DNA of 64,000 nt, taken from the NCBI RefSeq assembly GCF_006345805.1, contig NW_021831041.1, positions 62,001 to 126,000 on the forward strand, read 5' to 3'. Shown one piece after another: positions 49,019-59,982 of the stretch. A program made the position numbers and the translations under genes. Each line of letters begins with the position of its first letter. Position 1 is the stretch's first letter. The notes under the pieces were generated by a model. The model made no database searches. It was not told the DNA's origin and saw only the letters and a list, made by a program, of their open reading frames with translations. This DNA is from Octopus sinensis. Taxonomy: Eukaryota.

Positions 49019-50307
49019 ATGTCCATTAAGTATGTACTATTTTGCCTAATTAAAACAGTGAAATCAACAACGAAACAAATGTCCGACTGCTAATAAAAGA
49101 AAAACTGGCCAGGCATATCTGAGTACACATTGATAGGGATAACCACACTGAAATCGAACGCAAACGTCGCAGTAAAATGGCAGGCTACTACCAAGACCTA
49201 GCCGAGAGAGTGCCTGCCTGTCGCACGCAGAACAGAAAGCCGGATAAACTGACGATAATGAAACTGGCCATCGAACACATAAACGAGATGGGTTGTCCCC
49301 ACTTGCCCACCCAGGCCATCAACCTGGGACTGACTCCTTCTTCTCTGACTCAGAACTCGAGTTCCTCATGTCCGAGGTGGTGGATGGGTTCGTCCTGTCT
49401 GTCCAACTGGAGACAGGACTGGTCACCTATGTCTCACCCACCTGTGTGGATATACTCGGAATCCCCCACACTGACTGGTTTTCGTGTCCATTCTTCGGAT
49501 TTGTCCACCCCGATGATGTCAGACATATAAAAGACCAATTTTCCCTTCAATTACCCCCCAGAAGGGCCATCGACCTTCGCTGTATTCCCACTTGGTTACT
49601 TCCAGCAGGCACTTTGCGGAAAGAGGGCAGACAGGTCGAAGGAGTGGTGAATTCACGGAGAATGTTTGTCTGTCGGATGAGGTCTTTGATCAGCCCGACT
49701 GATTACGTAATCGTCCATGTGACTGGGGTTGTGAAGGAGGAGACCTGTTTGGTCTGTTTGGTCAGACTGTGCCAAGTGCCTGAGGACGATCCCTCAGTCA
49801 TGTCCTGTCGCTACGACTCCGTGGGGACCATCACGTTGATTGATGCCAATATGAGTCACGTGCTTGGGTATAACTCTTCGGCTCTTTTGGGAAAGTCGGT
49901 TTTTGAGTTGTGTCATCGGGATGACCGTTTGGGACTAAAAATGTCCTTCGATCAGGGTTTTTTGTGTTTATATTGTCAGCCCTACAAACTCGGGGTCAGT
50001 CCCATTCCGTGGTGTGTCGACTGGTGGCTGCGGACAGTTCAGTGGTGTCCTTTCTGATGGGCCACTCTGCCTTCATCAATCCTTATAGTGAGCGTCTCGA
50101 GTTTGTGATTGGATACAACTCTCTTATGCGCCAGTTTGTGATTTTTGTGAGTGTAGATATGACTATGATTTGTATGGGCAGTCCTTTGAGGGGCAGACTC
50201 CTGTCTTTGATGCCTACTACCCGGCCTTTCCCCCTCATTATGGATATTCTAAGGGGACATTCGACAAGGACTGTGCACATAAGGATTACTTTAGACCGTC
50301 TTTTTAA
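49019..50307 (+). CDS. ARNT: bHLH-PAS transcription factor ARNT (HIF-1beta/Tango), short C-terminus
   Basis: LAR|DNHTEIERKRRSKM...RKPDKLTIMKLA, PAS-A FSDSELEFLMSEVVDGF...VHPDD, PAS-B ...FINPYSERLEFVIGYN. Confidence 0.9.
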
Positions 50308-50415
50308 TTGTTTCCTATTAGACTTTAGTAAATTTTAAATGTTATAATATTTATAAATCACGTTTTAGTATGGTTAACCTATGAGTAATAAACTATTGCG
50401 TTTTGAAGCATCACA

Positions 50416-51231
50416 ATGAAAAATAATGCAGTAGCGCTCGTAAAGTCAAAGATCGAAGCTCTCAGAGACGAGAAGATCAGATTGGAGACTAAAGTGGTTG
50501 ATCTCCAATCCCAAATATCCCTCCAACAGAACCAGCTGGACACTGTCAGTTAGTTCAATTGACTTTTAACAGAAGCAAGAAGAACTCCTGTCTTTAACAC
50601 AAAAACTGGAGTTCCAAACTGAGACTAACGAGGCCCTACACAGCACTCTTAAAGACACAAAGTGTCAACTGTCCCAACTGATGAGTCAATTTGAGGAGAC
50701 AGAACGTCTGAAGAAACAGTCTGAGGACAAATGGGAGGCATTGGAGTCCACCAACGAGTCACTCAATCACCAACTCAAACAAATAACCTCACAACACGTG
50801 CAAACAAAGGACGCCTTGGACATTGTCAGTCCCTCTAAGCAGTCGTAGGTGACACGAGAAAAGGCAGCAGTCGAGGAGGTCAATGAGAGGCTTGAGTGTC
50901 GTGTCGATAAGCTGAAGGGTCATTTAGAGACTGTTCAAAGTCAATTCGAAGAATTAAACTTTGAGTTCAAATCCCTTCTGAATAAATCTGTAATGAATGT
51001 GGAATCAGTGGCCAGGAGGAAGGGAGGAATGACACTCGGGATACGACTGTGAGGAACCTGAGGGACCAGTTGGCTGAGGTGACCAACACAGTGGAGGAAT
51101 ATGCCTCCCAGAATAGACGCTTGGGAGAGGAGGTGGCCTCTCTGGAGGAAAGACTGGACAAGGAGAAGAAGAGTGCAATCCACCTGAGGGACTTGTTTTC
51201 CTCGGCTATGGATGATTTGACTAACATTTGA
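50416..51231 (+). CDS. Tropomyosin-like coiled-coil protein (about 245 aa), 3 introns
   Basis: Start VALVKSKIEALRDEK and end LFSSAMDDLTNI* resemble tropomyosin termini. Continuous heptads, length close to short tropomyosins. Confidence 0.72.
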
Positions 51232-51318
51232 TTAGGTAGGCCATTACGAAATTGTATGACGCACAAGAGTTGTGTTCTGTTATTTAATTAGATAAATAAA
51301 TATTTAATATTGACGTGG

Positions 51319-52083
51319 ATGGTCGATGTTGTAAGCCTGTTTGGTGCACTCGCCTTCTCCTCGACTGTCCTGCAGTTCGTCGGGGGAATGTTACATTGCC
51401 CATAAGACTGTATAGAGGCCCTTGTTTGCATATTCTACGGACGAAACGACTGGATGGGCAATCTCCGACACCCTACTTCCTCAGTCTGGCCGGGCATGTC
51501 TGTCCCGTCTTAGGAATAGGAGTGTTCTGTGGATGTCTTACGGACGAGTCACAGGCGACAATGCAATCTGTGCGGCCAACGTCGTGGCGTGTTGTGCCAA
51601 TTTGTTCTTCAGTCTAATATTCTACTACTATACTCCACACAGGGTAGTCACCCAATTGTACACCAGAGACGTGTATCTCTCACTGTACTTATTCTGGCTT
51701 TCTTTGTCTACTCTATTCTCTCATATTCTGCCAATCTATCGGATTTGAAGAGATCAACTCGCTTTCTGGGGTTGTGTTCGAGTATTGTGTCTGTCATTGT
51801 CTGTGCCTCTCCCATGCTCGACCTGGTCTTTACGTGGTCTAATATTCAGGCTCGTGTAGTGCGGTTTCGGAATAGCAATCAAATGCCGATTGGATTGTGT
51901 TGCTGTTTTTTGACTGGTTCTTTCTTATGGACTGTCTACGGGGTACTTATTGGGGATGTTTTTATGATTGTATTCTGAGTTGTGTATATATAGTCGAATA
52001 ATCTGATCGGATTTGTCCTCTCCTCTCTTTCTGTCGGAGTGTACTTTAAATACCGTCAACTTACTTATGCTGTGTTTGTCTGA
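51319..52083 (+). CDS. SLC50A1: SWEET sugar transporter (SLC50A1)
   Basis: Two MtN3/saliva repeats after splicing: SPTPYFLSLAG|SVLWMSYG...N and CASPMLDL|ARVV...MP...LWTVYGVLIGD...N. Confidence 0.9.
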
Positions 52084-52128
52084 ACTTTTAATAAACATAT
52101 TTTTGTGTATTGTTGCCAAGCATTTCAA

Positions 52129-55103
52129 ATGAGCAGTCATTTGGGCAAAAATAGACCAAAATTGCCCAGAAAACAGTATTTAGAACCAAGAAGTGCCAGA
52201 AGGTCGTCTCTTAGACTTCCGCGGTACAACGAACGCGGAAAAAAAATTTACGACTGGACAAATCTCGGCTTCAGAAAAGTCAAAGAATTCCTCGGAACCG
52301 GTAGTCTTTGACTTGGAGGAGTGTTAGAGGCAGAACCTGAGAATACAGAAGAACTAATTCTCTGCAATAACAATCTTCGGTTTGTCCCTACCGAACTCAC
52401 GTGTCTTGTCAATCTCCGTCATCTTGACATGTCTAAAAATGCAATAAAATGTGGAAGCTCGCAAGACACGAGCGGATTTCCGCCAGAATTGACGTGTTTA
52501 AAACACCTCCAAACACTCATTTTGGCCGACTGCAATCTCGCTCATGTGCCCCCGACGGTGTGGCTTTTCAAATCCATTACATTCCTTGATTTGTCGAGGA
52601 ATTCCAAATTGACGGTAAGGAATTGGCTAATTTCAGGAAATTGTGCCAGAAATTGAGTATCTGAGTTCACTTTGTAGACTAAATTTATCGTACACTGGTC
52701 TTAGTACCCTGCCTCTGGAGATTGGGCGGTGTGTCCAGCTGAGGGAACTCTTATTGTGGGGATGTCCGATCGGATTCCTCCCCGACACCCTCAAGAGACT
52801 GCCCAAGGTGGACTAATCCTGACGAATAGGCCAGCTCGAGTCACTCCAATTGGACATGCGGAAGTTGTGTTCTCACATTTCTGACCGAATGGCGGCACAG
52901 ATCAAAGAGAACTCTGTCGAGTCTGAACATTTTCCTGACTTTGTTTTTGAGTTGCCAGTCGTCCGTTCTCTCAGTCTAAGCTGTCTGGGAATTAACTGCA
53001 TTCGCTCAAATCGACTGTTCGCAATTCGGGAATTGTTGCTTGACAGAAATCACTTTCGGACAATTCCCGCCTCCCTTTTCTCCTTAGAAAACCTCGAAGT
53101 AGGGGTACCACTGACATTGTAGATACTCGATATGAGTCACAACAATATCAAAGCATTCCCACTACTCGAGTCGCCTGTCAAAAGTCTCCGAGTTCTCAAC
53201 ATGGAAGGAAACAAAGTCAAATCTCTCTCAAACTCGATTGTCCTTTTGGAGAATTTAGAAGAACTTAATTTAAACCACAACAAGTTGGGAGTCCTCACCC
53301 CTCAAATATGTGCTCTTAAACACCTAAAAAGCCTTCTTCTTCGAGGAAACAGATTGTCGGCTATTCCCGACAGTGTCTGTTTAATCATTTCTCTGGAAAC
53401 TCTGGATGTGTCTGAAAACAGTCTGGTCAAGCTACCTCACAACATTCACATGTTAAGTAACATCAAATCAATGCATCACTTTGAGGGAATCCGACGGTGG
53501 GGGTGTATTGATGATTTGTAGAGTGGGTTTGTGGCTGACGGGGAACCCCATTTCTGAACCCCCAGAACACGTGTGGAAGTCTCATGATGTCAAAAAATGT
53601 TTTGAGTTTATGAGGGAATATTCAATCAGAATATCGCCACATTGTCAGTCAAGAAAAGTAATGAGTCGAATCCCAGTTTTAGGTTGTCTTTCTGGGGGAT
53701 AACAGAAAGTCCCAAATTGTTCACAATTTATTGTACTCCCGCACATTGTTCGAGATGGTCGAGGACAGTCAGGCGGACATTGGGATCTATTCTCTGTGCA
53801 CAAAAAACAATTTGAATTTCATTTTGTACGACACCAAGTCTACTGACTTTATGAGCATGTTGGTAAGTCCTCACTCCCTCGTGCTCCTCACTTTTGATAT
53901 CGACTCATACACGGATTCCCACTTCCACTCTCACATTGGGGAGTTGCTCAGACTTGTTTGTCTCCAATCCTCAAGTTGGGGACTTTTTTGACTCTTAGAT
54001 TCGAAAATAGTCCTCGTTGGGATTACACGGACGGGAAACGACTCCTTTCCTCTGGCAGTACTTCACAAGGCCAATGAGCACGTGAAGCAAATCAGGTGCC
54101 TGTCCTAGTGCATTGTAGAGACGAGATCCTCGACCAACTCGCCAACTATGACCCACAGTCGATCGTCCCAATTGAAGAATATCGAAAACAAGTCGAACTT
54201 TTGGCAGAAAATAATATTATTTCTGAAACAGTGATTGTAACAGACACTTTGGACACTTTTTACCCTTGGAAGGAACCATTTGAAAAGTCCCTGGAAAGAT
54301 TGGATCAAACAAACCTCAATCACCGACACGTGTTTCCCAATGGAGAGAAAGCCTTCAAAAAACTCAAACGGGACCGAAATTTATTTGTGACTTTGGAGGA
54401 GGCTCAGACAGTAGGCAAATCTGAGGGGATTTACAGCACGTTTTGGGAGTGGATTGAGTCTTTGAATGACTCCGGACGTGTCATTTTAGTCCGTTCAGCC
54501 TCCATTTTGGTGGTCAACCCAAAACAGTTTTTTCAAATCCTCGGTCGGTTGTCCACACTTTCCACATGTCAGTCAAAATTGGAAAGAATTTGGAAATATT
54601 TGTGTCCCACTCGCAATTTTTTCCGTGATTTCACCGCCTTTATTCAACGTGGTGAAATGAGTCTATGCCTCCTGAAAACTCAACTTTTCGAACTCGGAAT
54701 TGAAGACACAGAAAACGTGGCCTCCCTTCTCGAATCACTCAACCTAATCATCCCCGACCCCTCCATCGATGCCTACATAGTTCCCGCCTTTGCCAGACAG
54801 TGTGGACGGTCCTCAAAAAAGGGGTACCCGACTTTTGAAAAGACCGTGGTTTTACGTCAGAGTTTGAGGAGTCTCAACAGTTGGAAAATCCTGTTTAAGG
54901 ACTTTCTGGCTTACTTATTGGCCCATGACTTGACTGTGTCCTGGTCGTCGACTGAGATGAGGGGACAAGGGGATAACATGGTTGTTACATTCGCGGAAGA
55001 TGGTGACGGATTGATATTTTCCGTTTCCGCGGAAAGTCGGGGTGGTTTGGATATGATTCGACATGTCGGAAAAATTATTTTACAAAACGATTCGTGTCTT
55101 TAA
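52129..55103 (+). CDS. LRR-ROC-COR (Roco) protein, MFHAS1-like, with degenerate GTPase motifs
   Basis: Many LxxLxLxxNxL repeats ending WLTGNPISEPP, followed by a ROC-like segment VVFLGDNRKS...FILYDTKS...LVSPHSLVLLTFD and a COR-like helical region. Confidence 0.75.
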
Positions 55104-55267
55104 CCAACCAATTTAAGTAATAATAAGACATCTGGTTAGTACATTGATTTCCATTACGGATGACAGCTGTGTAGAGATTTACTGAAATTAAATATTTTTT
55201 GATTTTTATTATTTAAAATTAATTAAACTAAATTTGAATACATTTTCATATTGCGGTTTGAATCGAG

Positions 55268-56775
55268 ATGGACCAGGACTTTGATGTGACCATTTTGGGA
55301 ACAGGGATAATTGTACCCCACAAATAACGACCCAAGGAATGTGTCATCAGCGGAATGCTCAGCGTCGACAAAAAGAAAGTATTTCAAGTCGACAGGAACG
55401 AATACTACGGAGGAGAATGTGCCTCACTGACCCCCCTCCCCGACTTTTTTGACCACTGCAAAGCCCCCAAACCATCCCCAAATAAATATGGCCCAGACAG
55501 GGAGTGGAATGTCGATCTGATTCCCAAAGTCATGATGTCCTACGGTACCCCTTTTCCCTAACCACAGGTCTCCTGTCCAACATCTTCCGTTCGACGGGAG
55601 CCTACCGTTATCTGACCTTCCACTCCATCGAGGGCAGCTACGTGTACGACAAGGGGGGACTCTGGAAGGTCCCGGCGACCAACCGAGAGTGTCTTGCAGA
55701 AATAAAAAAATTCAGTTTTGTATTAAAAATAAAAAAAGAACTTTCCAAAGCCCTGGATTTGAACCGACTGCGTGTATTCCACGGATATATCAGCAAAGTA
55801 AACGTGGAGGACCCAGTTCTGTCCAAACAGTCAATCCAGGAAGTCTACACCAAACACAAACTGTCCACCGAAATGCAGACGATGGTCACCCACGCCCTCG
55901 CCCTGTGTCCTGATGACCGGTTTAGTCTTCTTGGTCAGTCCCAGCAAGTTCCTGTCAGTCACGGAAATTGCCAAGAGGATTGCCGTGTACGCGGATTCCG
56001 TGGGGGACAACAGTTCGCCCTTCTACTTCCCCATGTACGGTCTCAGCAGCATCGCCCAAGCATTTGCTCGGCTTAGTGCGGTTTATGGAGGCACGTTTAT
56101 GTTGGATGTGCCCGAAGTGAGGATTGCGGTGGAGGATGGGAAGGCTGTGGGGGTTTATATTCGGAATGGGGAGTTTGTTCCCAGTCCGATTGTAATTTGT
56201 GACCCTTCCTATGCCCCTGAGATGTGCAGAGTTGTTGGAAAGGTTTTTTTCCGTGTTTACTTAGATTGTCCGGTGTATTTGTCTCCTGGATCATCCTCTC
56301 CGGGCTATTCCTGACGCCAAGTCAGCTCAGATCATAATTCCGGGGGCGAGGGTACACAGGAACAACGATATTTACGGACTGGTGTTGAGCGAACAGGCAA
56401 TGGTGACTCCTGCGGGGTACTTTCTGGCCATTGCGTCGACCACGGTGGAGACGGACGACCCTGAGGCTGAGTTGGGGCCTATTTTGGACTTGTTCGGTCC
56501 TAAATTGGACAAGTGAGGTCTTGTAGTGCAATGTAGGTTTATTTTTATATCGGAAATCTATGAACCTGATCCGAAACTGATGCCGGAGAATGTTTGTGGG
56601 TTATTTGACTTGATAGTTGTTTATAACTCAGAACAATGACCCGCTCACTCACTTTGGGGAGACCAGTGAGTATATTCTGGGGTTGTATCAACGCATAATG
56701 GGGGAACCATATGACATTGAAAAACACAAATTGGAGACAGAGCAGTTCGAGAAGGAGATGGGTTACTACGACTAA
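55268..56775 (+). CDS. GDI: Rab GDP-dissociation inhibitor (divergent)
   Basis: MDQDFDVTILGTGI|ECVISGMLSVDKKKVFQVDRNEYYGGE, DREWNVDLIPK, FARLSAVYGGTFML, STTVETDDPEAEL. Confidence 0.93.
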
Positions 56776-57819
56776 TACCTTTACTTAACTAATCTTATTT
56801 AACTAGAATGTTAGTCATTTGTTTCCATATTGATGTAATTAGATTCTTTCCTATACTGGTCATTAAATGTCTTTTATAAGCCGCTTATGCCAAATGAATG
56901 GACTGAGTTGAATAAGAAATTTTTTTAACATAAATGTATTAAAGGGAAATAATATACCTGCATAAGAGACTAACGTCATAGCATTATTAATGATCATAAC
57001 TTCCTTTGAGACGTTTAACAGCAAATTAAATACAAATAATTCGGCTAATGATAAACTAGGTTTCTGAATGGTTAATTAATAATTCAAAATTGCAAGATTT
57101 TTTAGCTTTTTTAAAAAGAAATATAATTCTCAAATATCTATTTAGCAAATAGACCACAAAATAATCACCAAATATGTAGAAGAAACCTCAGTCAGATTTA
57201 GTAAAAAATTTAGTTTGATTAAAATGAATATCTAAACATTCTAAGTTCTTTAAGGTTGGCAGGTTTCCATGTACATTCCTTTGTTCGTACAGAAGCTACT
57301 TCTTGCTTATTATTCTTTGCCTATATTCACTAATAATATATACATCTTGATTTTGTGACTTATTTTGATTTTTTTTAGAATTGTCTATTTTAATATGTTG
57401 GACCATTTTGACTAAAAATACGCGAAATTCAAATTTAATATACCGTTAAATAGAGGTTAACCGATTTAAATAAATTGTGTAAATAATTAAAATAAATAAA
57501 TAAAAAAGTTATTCAAATTTACAGTTTTGTACATGCAATTCAAATTAACTTTTTCTAATAATGAAGATTTCTCTTCTTTTTATCAGTCTTTTAATTTATC
57601 AGCAAAAGATAGGAGAAACTTAGGAAGACAATAATCTGCATACGGAGACACCTTGCTTTTGAATATTTGGTTTTGAAGTGTGTTGCCAGAGTCTCGATAA
57701 ATGTCCTCTTAATTACCTTTCTTCGTAATTACTTTTTGATATTTTCCAGATTGTAAAAAATCGAATCTTAAATGATTTTTAATTTTTCTTATTGAAAATT
57801 GCATTTTTGTTTATTCAAT

Positions 57820-57884
57820 CACTAAGACCACGGTAGAAACCGAACAAATAGGCACGTGATCCCGATGCACTCTACCAGGGATCT
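57820..57884 (+). repeat. Partial copy of the GC-rich element at 59611-59869 (inverted relative to it)
   Basis: ctaagaccacggtagaaaccgaacaaataggcacgtgatcccgatgcact aligns with the reverse complement of 59806-59869 (ccaagaccacagttaagaccgaactaattagcatgtgatcccgacgcact). Confidence 0.7.
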
Positions 57885-58559
57885 CATCCTCGCTCGGCGA
57901 TCTTTCTAAAATTGCTTTTGATTTGTAAAAATAAAAATTATTTGAGACCCTATTTTTTATTTGAACATTACTTCTGTATTTAAGAATAAATTGCTTTATT
58001 TACTCAAAAATATATTCTTCAATTTTCTTGTGATTTTCTCGGCTAATTTCTGTTTGGCAAATTTTACAATTATATAGAGTGTAGGCTGTAAGCTTTTTTG
58101 TTATGATAAAATCAGGATGCCCTTTTAATATGATATGCAGGCCGATTTACAATTTAGAGGATTTATTTTATGTCTTCCGTGCTTCCTTCATGTTTTTTTT
58201 AATGAATCGTCTCCCATGGACACAAATATTAAAAACCCATCGAAACTATTAAAAACAACTCAGACCCAGGCTGTATTCATTTCCAATTCCCAACTTAAAA
58301 AGTTGAGAAAGCATTAGAATGAAGAAATATGAAAACCATTGAGACGGTTTCTACAAACATAAGGGAAAATATGAAATAATAAAGTCAAAATACAATGAAA
58401 TAAACAAAAGCAACTACTTTTACTTTACAACTAGTCCAGACTGAGAACATTATCAATGATTATCCAAGCACACAAATAACTGATTTTTATAACTATACGA
58501 AAATCATGCTTCTGTTTGGCCTCACGACAAAACCATACACGAATTAGCTAACCGCACAC

Positions 58560-59533
58560 AAACAGATAATCATTTAACCGAGTATATTGTCTTACTAGTA
58601 AGCATTCCGCAAGCTCATTTGAAGAACCCTCGCACAATTCAACAACCTCACCAAATCATTCATCGGTAGTAAGTACGAGAGTGTGTACTAAGGACTGGGA
58701 CCTAATCATTCCAGGCTAATGACCTGCAATCACTATAGACATTTTCTGCCAACAAGAAATTGTAAATCTTAGTTTGCTTTTCAGAAAATTTAATAAAATC
58801 AAACGCACAACAAGTAACTAATAGTCTTGTTTATTATCAGAATAAACCAAACAAATCACTTCACCAATCAACAGCGTGAGTTAACCACAATATCAAAAAT
58901 ATATATACAAAATATATTAATTTTTTAACAATTTATCAGTAGAATGAATCCATTTAACAGTTTCCATATCTTCCACCAGGGTACGGAAGTGATATTGAGA
59001 CCCCTGCTTGGTCAAATACCCCAACGGAGACTTTTTTGCCTCATCAAGCCTCATGCGAGCCTCCACATCAAAAAACGGAGACTTGAGCGTCAGATTTGTC
59101 TCTCTTTTGATATAACTCCGACTTTTTGGACGCGACTTGAAATTTGGAATTATTGGAAGAGTCCTCGAGACCGCTAAAAGTGAAGATTCGACCATACATT
59201 GAAGACTTTATTTATGGAAATCTCCAGTTTTAATGCTGCCCGATAGAACACTGTGTCCGGAGTGTTATATTTGGTGGCATTTCCGCAGATTAGGAGGAGA
59301 TCTGCTTTGTAACTACTGATGTCTCTGTAATGTTGATTTCCAATGTTTCTGTGGATTGTTCGGAAGTCCATTGGTTTGGTGATTATTGAGGAATAGCAGG
59401 GGGCTATCTCGTCGGTCACTGGCTCATAGAACAGGTTGCAGGGATCTTTACTGGTTCAATATTAGGTTTGGGGTTACCTTTGGAAATATAATGTCAAGTC
59501 GTGTAAATATTTCTTCAAGTCTAATCTTGACAT
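58560..59533 (-). CDS. Bromodomain protein BRD7/BRD9-like; 3' end uncertain
   Basis: KDPCNLFYEPVTDEIAPCYSSIITKPMDF...YKADLLLICGNATKYNTPDTVFYRAA, then LGYL. Weak DUF3512-like segments appear to continue towards about 58600. Confidence 0.82.
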
Positions 59534-59610
59534 TACACCACCACGTAACTTTAAAAGTAATTTCAGAATTTTTATTCAATATTTGTATTAATTATTTGTA
59601 TTAATTATTT

Positions 59611-59869
59611 CTAAGGGATCTCCTTCCTATCCGGCCTTAGAAAGGCGTTACGTGGTCCACCAAATTCACTTGAGATTTTTCGACTGGATTTGAAACGCCG
59701 AGGGGGCACCTAATGCTCACCGAAAAAGGACCAATAGCTCTCCTACCCCCTGGGACATCGTCGTCGCAGGACGATGCACTTTGCATAGGATTGAACCTTC
59801 CGGAGGATCTCCGTCAAAGTGCGTCGGGATCACATGCTAATTAGTTCGGTCTTAACTGTGGTCTTGGTG
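59611..59869 (-). other. GC-rich, hairpin-rich non-coding element (SINE, retroelement UTR or ncRNA; unresolved)
   Basis: On minus: stems gcactttg/caaagtgc, catcgtc/gacgatg and ctaagg/ccttag, a GGTTCAATCC B-box-like sequence, and a second partial copy at 57820-57884. Confidence 0.45.
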
Positions 59870-59982
59870 TTTAATAAATAAAATAAATATAAATTTAAGT
59901 TTACAGATAAAAACCATTTTAAAAATACATGTGGAAGTTCATTGAGAATGTACTGAAATTTTTTTTTTTTAGGAAACATAAA

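Noticed and set aside
5456-59533. Stop-codon reassignment as the cause of fragmented ORFs
   Set aside because: In-frame stops fall inside 21-32 nt GT/GC-AG segments whose removal restores conserved alignments. TAA, TAG and TGA all serve as true terminators.
59740-59830. tRNA gene or HDV-like ribozyme in the GC-rich element
   Set aside because: A B-box-like 10-mer is present but no cloverleaf or convincing A-box. The P1/P1.1 pairings for an HDV fold could not be completed.
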